Below, piece by piece: positions 53,430 through 64,000 of a stretch of DNA of 64,000 nt (position 1 is its first letter; each line of letters begins with the position of its first letter). Both the position numbers and the translations under genes were made by a program. The stretch spans positions 254,867-318,866 of the forward strand of contig CT868097.1 of NCBI GenBank assembly GCA_000165425.1, given 5' to 3'. Source of the DNA: Paramecium tetraurelia (lineage: Eukaryota). Under the pieces are notes generated by a model. It worked only from the letters and a program-made list of their open reading frames with translations, searched no databases and was not told the origin of the DNA.

Positions 53430-54917
53430 ATGAACCCTAACAAACCTATGTTTCTAGGATAAAATCATCGTTCCCATTTGCTTTAACCTTAAGAAATTCA
53501 GCCTAGAAGCTATAGTGTTTAAATCCCAAATAATCGATATTCTATTGAAAACGAATTAAAACAAAATCATTTGGCTTAATCTCATTTAGAACATCAGGAA
53601 AGGTTACAATAATTTATGGCTGCATAGAATTAGCAATTAAAATAGCAATTGATAGAAATTGAGAATAGGTAGTTAAAGCTACAAAATGAACTTCTTTCGT
53701 AATAGGTTTAAAAAATTTAAATTGATTTAGAAAATACCCTGAAATTAATCTCAAAAAAAAAAAAAAATCCATCAATTCAATAAAACTTGGCCAAATTATC
53801 TTAAAGTTCAAATTTTAGTTAAAAATACCAAAAACAATAAAGTTTATCAATTGCCTCTAGCGATACTAAAGAAGAAGAGACCTAAAGGTTCAATGATTAA
53901 ATTTCAAATAAACATGAAGCTATTGAATTTCAAATATCTGATAATTTTGAAAATCAAAATCCAAAATAACTTTATAACAACAATCGATAATCTCATAAAA
54001 CCTAAAAAAGCTTGAAGAAAAGAAAAAGATTAAAGAAGTATCTGATAGTTGTGTTGGCATGCATTAGGTTATTGTGGAAATAGAGAATGAAACTCAAAGA
54101 GAATAGATTAAAGTTAAAAAAATTGAAGGAGAAATTTGAAATAGCGAAACAGAAATTGTTGGCAATCCCAGAAGACAACATAAGGAATCTACTTTCTACA
54201 TGGGTCAATGATCTTTTGGAAGATGTCATTTAAATGCTAAATAACGAATAATTTTATGCTCATTGTGATACTCCAAATTATAATGCCAATAAAGATGAAA
54301 ACATTATATACAGATAAGAATTAATAATAAAAATAACATACAATTTCTTTGATCGTTTAGAATACATGACAAGAGATAAACTTCTCCCATCATTAATCAT
54401 AGATCTAATGTACTTATCATTATTTTATTCACAAAATCCAAAAGTATCTTTATTTGTAGCAAAGAGAACAAATTTTTATGTGAAAAACACTCTAAAATTA
54501 TCAAATCAATAAGAAATGTTAATTATATCAGAATATATATTTTTTCGATTAATCATTTAATACATGTTGAAGACATTTAATTCACTTAAGTATAAGAATG
54601 ATACTCATGAAAAATTATGCAAATTTTTTGTAACTATTATTGCTAGTTTCATTCAAATTTTGTATATAGACTTTTTCGAAGATATGAAGTTTGTTAAATA
54701 AATAAATGTTCAGCTTTATTAGAGAAAAATAGTTCTTGATGAGAAGCTAAAAGCCTACCTTTTAGAAGATGATAAAATAGATGAAGGTGAGAATTTGATT
54801 TTAGGATTGCATGATAGATAATAATTTGAATCATTATTTCAACAATAGATGGAATGGATAACTCATTTGGGCAAGACGTTTTATTAAATTCTTTAAAATC
54901 TTCATAATCAATTATGA
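53430..54917 (+). CDS. Orphan protein B (shares C-terminal domain with neighbour)
   Basis: Starts MNPNKPMFLG with a Q-rich coiled coil. The C-terminal half contains SLFVAKRTNF, LIISEYIFF and NLILGLHDR. Confidence 0.65.
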
Positions 54918-55053
54918 CTTAAATTTTGTAAATATTTTTTTAATTTAAATAAAACAGATTAATTCTGTTAAGGAACAGAAATTTAGAATTAATAAAAGAT
55001 TTTAGATTTATATTAAATATTTTAATGTTAACATTTGTTATTTATTGATATTT

Positions 55054-57130
55054 TCATAATCTGGCTTTGATATTTTTGAGCTGATTGACAATTGGTTTGA
55101 AGTCAGTTTTGTTTAATGTATTCTCATTAATAGCTGAATGATATGTTTTTTCATAAGGCTACCCATCAGAGCAACCAATGGTGCTCCTCAAAGAGGCATC
55201 ATTATACCTAAAGGCTTCAACTAAGCCAATAGCCTAGATAAAATTGACATAATACTTCAGGCTTAATGATTGTCAATTGTTAGGTATAAAACTCTCTAAT
55301 CAATTTGATAGATTCCACATTAATAACACCTGCTTCTATTAATACACTTGATCCTTCCAATAAAATGCTAGCAGCAAAAAGATCAGCTAAATCTCTCAAC
55401 ACTCTTTTTGTGTTGTTATTATCAGCCTAATCAATAGTTTATAAGAAACTAAGATATTTATAATATTCTATGAAATTATTGGCAGAGCTCCAAAGATCAG
55501 TTCCAATTTTGTAATCCCACACTGATTTAGGATCTAATCCACTATTAATGTGAGCCATCATTTTATCATTTGTTATTTGAATTGAATGGATCACATTGGA
55601 TTCCAATAATTAAAGAATTTATTCCCTAGTAAATTGAGTGCATCTATAATCTGTGATGGCTTAAAGCTAAAATATAATAAAATGACTTAATTACTCTGTT
55701 AAATAATCCAAAATATGTTTCGTTGATTTTCTTTGATGCTTATTTAGCCTGATTATATAATTTTAGTAAAAATCTAGCTAATTATAAATACATTATTTAG
55801 TTTTCTCCTTCCAATGTAATATTAGGGCAATTATCCTAATAAATGGCAGGTAATCCAGAATAATGGGCATAACCATGTCCACCACAGGATAATCTGCACC
55901 ATTCTGCACAATTTGAAACAAAATATGTAAAATTTGCTTTAGTTCCACAAATGATAGCATGACAGATAGCCATTAAAGAAAAGTCTTGTTTTTAAACTTG
56001 ACTGAAATTAAGATCAACCAATTGACCAACTTTTAATCCTGTGAAAATTATAGAATAAAGATTAGCCAATAAAGGTAATAGCTTATGTTGCTAGGTTTAG
56101 TATTCCAATACTGAATTCTCTTAGCCTTAATCATTTGTAAATTATTGTCTAGCAATTGAATATCTGATAGCTATTGTTAATGATGTTGCTGCTGTCCTTG
56201 GATATACAGTAATAATTAATTTTCTCATTATCATCATAGCTGAATAAGACACTTTGGGATCACCTTGTCTAATCACTTATCCATCTCTTGTAACCTTGAT
56301 GTACTTGGCCAACATATTGAAACTAGGTATTCTGCAATGAGTGAACTTCAGATAACCGTTGTCTTTAGACGTATATCCAATTTTAGGGCCAATGTCTCCT
56401 ACTTCGATTCCTGGCAATGGCTTATGAGTATTGAAGTCTCTGATAGGAACCATGAAGGCTTGCACTCCATGTGATTTATTATTTACTATTAACTTTGCAT
56501 AAACTAATGCCCAATTAGCCAAGAACCCCAATTCTCCTGGCCAGACTAGTATAATTATTAATTTAATACATTTCACTGCCTCCACAGAAGGTGTGTGAAT
56601 TATGAATTCATCTGTTTTTTGATCATATGTAGCTGTTGTTTGGAGACTTTAGACATCCGAACCATGTGCCAATTCAGTTTAAGCGTAACAACCTGCAATT
56701 TTTAAATTGAGGCAATCTTTGTACCAACTAAATTTTCAAAAAACATTCTTTACGCATTTATTTATTCGTCTGTTCCTAATACTTTGATTGCAGGTAACAC
56801 CATTCCGAAGTATACACCATAATAATTGGTGGTAGCTGAATAAATTATAGTGCCTAAATATAGAGGAATTTCATCTAATTTAAAATCGAGTAATTTTTGG
56901 AAAGCAAGAGCCTAATCACCCTTACTCAGAAATTGAATTCCTCTATTCCAATTGTAATAATCAGGGCTAGTCTGTACCTCTGGAATATTCTTGCATTTCT
57001 CTAAGAATTATTTAATATGTCTAAATATGGCTAAAAATTACTCGGCTTGTTCTTTCGATCCGTATAGTAAGGGAGTGACAGAGTCCACATCAAAAGAGAC
57101 TTGCTATCTTGCTTATTCGAGTATATTCAT
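55054..57130 (-). CDS. Peroxisomal acyl-CoA oxidase
   Basis: Contains GCYAQTELAHGSDVQSLQTTATYD, WPGELG, LPGIEVGDIGPKIGY, IAIRYSIARQQF, RLSCGGHGY and TLEGEN, and ends with a PTS1-type ARL*. Confidence 0.95.
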
Positions 57131-57445
57131 AGAAATATCTATATATATATATTTATCTTAGAAAATCTTTCATTTCTCTTTTTTTAAATTGGTTTTTTAG
57201 TATTAGTGCGTATTTTTTCCCTTAATAATATTATATATCATTTAATTACTTTTATGAAATTTATTATTACTTTAAATAATAATTACTAAATAGGTTTTAA
57301 AATAAAAAGTCCCTAAATATCGATATTTCAAGCAATACTTTAACATATTTAGAAATACAATATTATGAATTTAACAACCATTTCTTAATTAAACTTATTT
57401 CAAACTAGAAATTTATAATAAATTTTATTAAAATTACTTTGCAAA

Positions 57446-58761
57446 ATGAATGATTGGCTTATAATTGTGATTGGTCTGGCAATTGCTGTGCTACTAATTT
57501 ACCTTAAATAATAGTATATAACAAAGCCTAAGAATGAAAGATCTTATGTAAGACACCCCTATAATACAAAAGATTAAAAAACCTCATAATAGTTGTCTAC
57601 TTCATAACCTATACCTCAGAAAATTGAGAATAATAAAGTATAGGATTAAAAACAAACATTGGATCGACAATCACCCTAAAAAGTAAGTCAACTTTCGGTT
57701 GAACAAAATAATAAAGTGAAATCTCGAGTGTTATCATTAGACTTAAAATAAAATTAATCGACAATAGGTTAGAAGGACTCATCAGGATTTAAAGTCAAAT
57801 TTAAAGATGATTACTAAGAGTCACGAATATAGCACCGTGTTCACAGAGCAGAGTGGATAAATATTGAAAATTAGCCTTCATAATATTCATCAGATGAATT
57901 TTTAATGAGCAACTTTAGGCCTTCCTATTCCTAAGAAAGACAAAGACCTGATTAAGCAGCAGCTCCCATTCGAAATTAGAATCAATCATAAATAACTAAT
58001 AATGGTGTCATTGTTTAATAGAAAATATTCAATTTATACAATATTTCATGCAGAATAAGAAATTCTGATGCCAAATTTTTGGGTTCTGCAATCTTATCTA
58101 AGAACTATAATGACCTGTTTATAGATAAGGATACAAAATCTTAACTTAATTTATTTTTAAAAGGCTACAGATAAGTTAGAGGGGATGGTAATTGCTATTT
58201 TACATCAATTGCATTTTAATATTTTGAAATATTGCTTTAGAAGTTTAGTCAATAGGAATTTGAAGAATTCATGGCACAAATTCGAAATATGCCATTTTAG
58301 ATCTAATATGGGGATTATTTTATAGAGGATTTTTATTAGAGTATGTGTGCAGAGAGATTGGTTTAGTTATTACAAGGCCTTAGAAATAGGCCTTAGGATT
58401 TAGAATATATGATGGCAGATCCAAATCAAGAGTTTTATGGGCTTGCTATTATATTTTTTAGGAATTTGGCTTAATTCCTCTATATTTAATATAATAGTCA
58501 GATAATAAATGAGTACAAGCCAGATTTGAGTAATGAATTGCTGACATGGGAATTCTAATGCAATGATTCAGAGATGATCAATTCGTCATTGGCAAAGTAT
58601 TTAAACATGTATACAATTGATATTAATTTAGAATAATTAATGTGTATTTGATTGATTAAAGAAAGAGTGAAGTAACATAATTGAATTATGGTCAATCAAA
58701 GAAATACTAAATTCATTTAATATATATTCCAGGCCATTATGATATCGGAATACCTGTTTGA
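57446..58761 (+). CDS. Otubain-like (peptidase C65/OTU) deubiquitinase with N-terminal TM helix
   Basis: N-terminal hydrophobic MNDWLIIVIGLAIAVLLIYLK. Catalytic Cys box YRQVRGDGNCYFTSIAFQYFE and His box LIYIPGHYDIGIPV*. Confidence 0.8.
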
Positions 58762-58828
58762 TTTTTTATTTGATATTATTTTGATGTGACACCCTGACAT
58801 AAATTTATTTAAAATTATTTAAGAGGGA

Positions 58829-61800
58829 ATGTCACAACCTAGTATGTCGTTCTTTCAAACTCGTTAACGGGCTATTTACTCAGAAGTGATTAACCCTGAA
58901 AACTCAGTGTTGTACTAAGTAAATTTGAATTGTTATATATCAGGACTTGTCATATTTGCCAGATATAACTTTGAATACGACTATGAAATAAAGAGTGCCC
59001 AAGGCCTATTCATTAAAGAAAACTACGAATACGTCTAGATTATCTGGGGCACATTCAATTTAGAAGAGTAACGGAATCAATAATTAATTAAGTCTCTGAG
59101 GAATTGGTGGTGGAGCCTAAAGTGCTTGAACCATATGAGCCGATTGGAGATAACATTCCAAGAAAAGTAGCAATCAACAGAAAACAGAAGCTTTATGCAT
59201 CATTCAATATACTGCAGTTATTAGATTAAGAAGTATGGACATCAATTTGAAATTTGTTAGGGTATCGATTTAAATATGACGAACCCGTAAGTCTAATGGC
59301 TATCACTTGAATTATTTGACGATAATTCTAATGATGATTATCCAAATGAGGATTGGATTAAACGAAGAGTGGATGAGGAAGGCAGAAACAGAAAACTATA
59401 TGCAATTTGTTTGTTGAAAGAGGATGGTATTTACGAAGCAAGAAGATGTGAAATAATGGAATACAGAGATGGATTATTTTATGGGAAATTGAAAGAGAAG
59501 GATGGAAGGGATATCAAGGCCCATAGATTGTACATTTGTTTTGATGCTGAAGATCCTCGCAAATTTGTTAAAAGATTGGGAACAGCATTGAAAAATAGAG
59601 AACTTGCTGATAGCAGAGTTAGATATAATTATTTTATTGATGGAATGCCTATCCAAGATTTAAGTGAATTAGATACAGAATAAAAAAGAAGATTGGAATA
59701 ATTGGCAAAGACAAAGAAATTAGAAAATTTAGATACCACAGCTTTGATTGCAGAAGTCAATTATGATTATATGAGGACAATGAATAAAATCATTTTTGAT
59801 AGATATTTAGAGTATGAAGATGAAGAATTAAATTTATAAATAGATGAAGATATATCTAAATAAGTACCTTATTATGGGATGTTCCCAGTGAGTAAGGAGA
59901 AATAATTGGAGATGTATAATCCAAGGGAAATCACTTAAATAGATCCTAAGAATTTCAGAGAAACTTTCAAAGACTTTTGTTTCAGCACTCTCTTTATTAA
60001 AACTGAAGTGATTAGAGCATTATAAGAAATCAGATATGAGTGCAATAAGATGGAAGAATTTGAGATTTTCAATTTCCAAATTGACAAAGTGATGGTTTTG
60101 GAAGAATTTAAACATGTGCAAGAGAGTTCAATCTCATAAATGCTTTATTCTTTAAGAGGATCTTGGATTTAGGATTTATTAAAAATCATGAAGACTTACT
60201 TTTCAGGAGTTGGCAAAGGATGGTTTAACATGAAGGAATCAAATAAGATCACTTATGATTTTGGTAAATTGAAAAGATTCTTAACTGTTGTAAGATTGAT
60301 GATGTAGGACACCGTATAGAGTTTAGTAGAAAACAATTATAATAGATTTGTTAATTATTTGAAATCATTCATTCCTGATGAGGTCAATGTAGATGATCCA
60401 TCCAACATCATCAATAAATATAAATTAGTTGGAGTGAAACCAATATTTACCATTGACATGATTAAAACTAACGATGATAAAGAATTTCTTTATTCAACCT
60501 CTCCCATGAATTTCGTTAATATGATCATCCAATTATTTGACAAGACTCTTGATGAAATTACAAAAGTACCTGATTTGGAACCTAAATTACTTACTGATCT
60601 TTATAAATAGAAAACAGATTCTTTCATTAAAACTCCAGTGAAACCAAAAGAAAGACCCTAGACTCCAAATCCAAATGAAAGACCAAAGAAGTATCCAGAT
60701 GAAAATAAGTGGATCTGGTTGTTGGTTGAACACATCAGAGATGAATTGATTAGAGGAATTAAACCCTTGGAAGATTATCTAAAAATATTTGAGAAATTCA
60801 AACCCATTTTGTAGATGAATCCTGATGATGAGATTAGAAGAATTGAAATGGATGATAATCCTTGGGAAATAGATTAACTTAAAGAAGAAATATTCAAATA
60901 CAATAAAATGGAAGAAGAACTCAAAACTTAAATTCCTGATATTGTAGAGGTTTCAATATTTTAAGTTTAATGTAGAGAAATTAAAATGTATCTATGTGAA
61001 AAGTACTCCATGATTAGCAAATTATTGGTTGATATGATAGCAAGGAGAGCAAGAAAGAAGACAATGGAGATCTTTTAAGAATATTAGAGAATATAGAACA
61101 AAATTAAAGAGAACCCTAATAACATTGAAAAATTGACAGATATCAAAGAGTTTATGTAAAATTTACCCAATGAAGTTGACAAATTGAAAATAGAAACTTA
61201 GAAGTGTTTTGATATCTATAAAATATTAGATGAATTTAGTTATAGAGGATTTTAGAAAGAAGATTTGGATAGAAAATGGTATGTATTTGGATGTCCCAAA
61301 GATACTTTTGACTTGGTTGCTAAAAGACAAAAGGATATGGAAAAGGAGAAAGTTAAATTTTAAGATGAAATGAAAGTTTAATAAGAGGAATTTAAAGAGA
61401 GCATTGATAATTTGGAAAGAACCATCCAAAATTTCAGTCAACATTAGGCCTTAAAAAGTCATGCTGAAATTGCATAAACTGCATAAGATGTTAATAAATA
61501 CCTAGCAGATTTCCAAGATTAAGCACGTAAGTTTAATTCTCGAGAAGCCTTATTTGATTAAGAATAAACTGATTACAATAAAATAACCCTACTTCAAAGA
61601 GAATTTCTACCCTACAGCAATCTTTGGATAACTACAAATTAATGGTTTACTAATTCTGAATCTTGGATGAAAGACGAATTACCAACAATAGATGCTGTTT
61701 CAGCTGAAAAATGGGTGGAAGAAGCCATCAGAATTTTAACAGGAGTTTGCAGGTTCTTTAAGGAAAAAGATCTCTAAGGTGTATTAAGAATTGCTACTTC

Positions 61801-64000
61801 AATTAAGTAACAAATTGAAGAGTTTAAACCAAAGGTTCCATTATTGGTTGCACTTCGTAAACAAGGAATGAAGGAGAGACATTGGTTAGAATTGAAAAAT
61901 AGAATTGGATTTGTTAAACCTTAACCAGAAAGTGAGTTCACATTTACAAAGGTATTAGAAATGGGGTTAATGTAAAATGTTGAAGTGTGTGTTGAAGTAG
62001 GAGAAAAGGCCCAAAAGGAATACATGATTGAAACAATGTTAGATCAAATGGAAACAATGTGGGAAGGAATTAACTTCTAGTTGTTGCCTTACAAAGCAAT
62101 CACATTTATCATTAGAGGTTATGATGAAATTCAATAAGTACTCGATGAACATATTGTAAATACCTAAGCTATGTCTTTCTCGCCTTTCAAAGGTCCATTT
62201 GAAGACAGAATCAATAATTGGAATACAACTCTCAAAATGACCTCTGACGTATTAGAAGAATGGTGCAAATGTTAAGCTTAGTGGATGTATCTCTAACCTA
62301 TTTTTGATTCTCCAGATATTGCAAAATAATTACCTGCTGAAACTAAGAAATTTAAAACAGTTGATTAAACTTGGAAGCATACAATGACATAAGCTAAGAC
62401 ATACGCTCAAGTCTTACGAGTTTGTACTTAGGAAGGTTTATTGGAAAGATTGTAGGAAGCAAATAAAAATTTAGAAATCATTTAAAAGGAACTTAACAAT
62501 TATTTGGAAAAGAAAAGAGAAAAATTTGCAAGATTCTATTTCCTGTCTAATGATGATTTACTTGAAATCTTATCACAAACTAAAGAACCAACAGCAGTCT
62601 AGCCACATTTAAGAAAGGTGTTTGAAAATATCAATTCAATAGAATTTGATGATGCAAAGAAGATTCATGCTATGTATTCAGCTGAAGGTGAAAAAGTAGG
62701 GTTCGTTAAAGTTTTAGATCCAAATAAAAAAAATGTTGAAGATTGGATGGGAGAAGTTGAGGATATGATGAAATTGAGTGTGAGATAGGCATTAATAAAT
62801 AGTGTTTCTGATTATCAAGTGAAACTAAGACATGAGTGGGTGTAATTACATCCTGGATAGTGTGTTTTAAATGGGTCTCAGATTCTTTGGACAAAAGAAG
62901 TGGAACAAGCTATAAAAAGCAATAATGTTATGGAATATTGGGAGAAAACATTGAAAGCTTAAATCAATAAACTGGTTGAATTAGTAAGGACCAAATTAAC
63001 TAAGTAATAACAAACTACTATAAATGCATTAATTGTTATTGATGTTCATGCAAAGGATGTTGTGGAGAAATTATTTAAAGAGAATGTTACTGATGTCAGT
63101 GCTTTTGAATGGATTAGTTAATTGAGATATTACTGGGAAAATGAGGATTGTTTTGTTAAATGTGTTTAAACAAATTTCCCGTATGGTTATGAGTATTTAG
63201 GAAACACTCTACGATTAGTGATCACCCCTTTAACAGATAAATGTTATATGACTTTGATGGGTGCCTTAAAATTAAATTTGGGAGGTGCTCCTGCAGGACC
63301 AGCAGGTACTGGAAAAACAGAGTCAACTAAAGATTTAGCAAAAGCATTAGCTAAATAATGTGTAGTGTTCAATTGTTCTGATTCTATGGATTATTTAATG
63401 GTTGGTAAGTTCTTTAAAGGATTAGCAAGTGCAGGTGCATGGTGTTGTTTTGATGAGTTTAATAGAATTAATATTGAAGTGCTATCTGTGATTGCATAAT
63501 AATTATTGGTATTATTTGGAGAGAAAGCAAAAGGAACTCCACAAATAGAATTCGAAGGATCAATTATTAAAATCTAAGCCACCTTTTCAGTTTTTATTAC
63601 TATGAATCCTGGTTATGCTGGAAGAACTGAATTGCCTGATAATTTGAAAGCTTTGTTTAGAGGTGTAGCTATGATGGTTCCAGATTATGCTTTGATTGGA
63701 GAAATTATGTTTTACTCATTTGGATTTGAATTGGGAAGAGAATTAGCAAAAAAGATGGTTGCAACATTTAAATTGAGTTCAGAATAATTGAGTTCTTAAG
63801 ATCATTACGATTATGGAATGAGAGCTGTTAGATCAGTTATTAATGCTGCTGGTATTTTGAAATAATAAAATCCAACTATGGATGAAGAGTAACTGCTATT
63901 AAGAGCATTGAGAGATGTTAATGTTCCTAAATTCTTAAAGGATGATCTTCCTTTGTTTGAGAATATTATTAATGACTTATTCCCTGGAGTTGAAAAGCCA
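58829..64000 (+). CDS. Axonemal inner-arm dynein heavy chain (DNAH1-like), truncated by window end
   Basis: N-terminal [16 protein letters not shown] (DNAH1-type), linker QWMYLQPIFDS and [17 protein letters not shown], and AAA1 motifs [49 protein letters not shown] and [14 protein letters not shown]. Confidence 0.95.

Overview
This is very AT-rich, gene-dense eukaryotic DNA that reads cleanly only in the ciliate genetic code (TAA/TAG = Gln, TGA = stop), with tiny (about 19-30 nt) GT..AG introns. An epiplasmin gene and this gene and intron style indicate Paramecium macronuclear DNA; the species cannot be fixed from the sequence alone. The supplied standard-code ORF track is therefore largely artefactual. 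I manually translated about 37 genes. They include a TTL-family ligase (partial), Aha1-N, a pseudokinase, CRAL-TRIO, a secreted H-lectin protein, RING-LON, SAM-FHA, an OSCA/TMEM63-like channel, IQ-MORN, two tandem CNBD K+ channels, a CXC protein, epiplasmin, an FHA protein, LC8, REI1, DRC1, a MORN-SAM-TKL kinase, acyl-CoA oxidase, a membrane-anchored otubain-like DUB, an inner-arm dynein heavy chain (partial), many orphans, and at least one decayed pseudogene. I saw no rRNA, tRNA, transposon, CRISPR or telomere. The most notable items are the K+ channel pair (TNGYGD filter, CCHC zinc knuckles, 3-nt stop-to-ATG gap), a tandem orphan pair sharing an unnamed domain, and membrane-anchored ubiquitin enzymes. 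I found no clearly new multi-gene system. CDS coordinates span introns and were placed by eye, so they may be off by a few nt.
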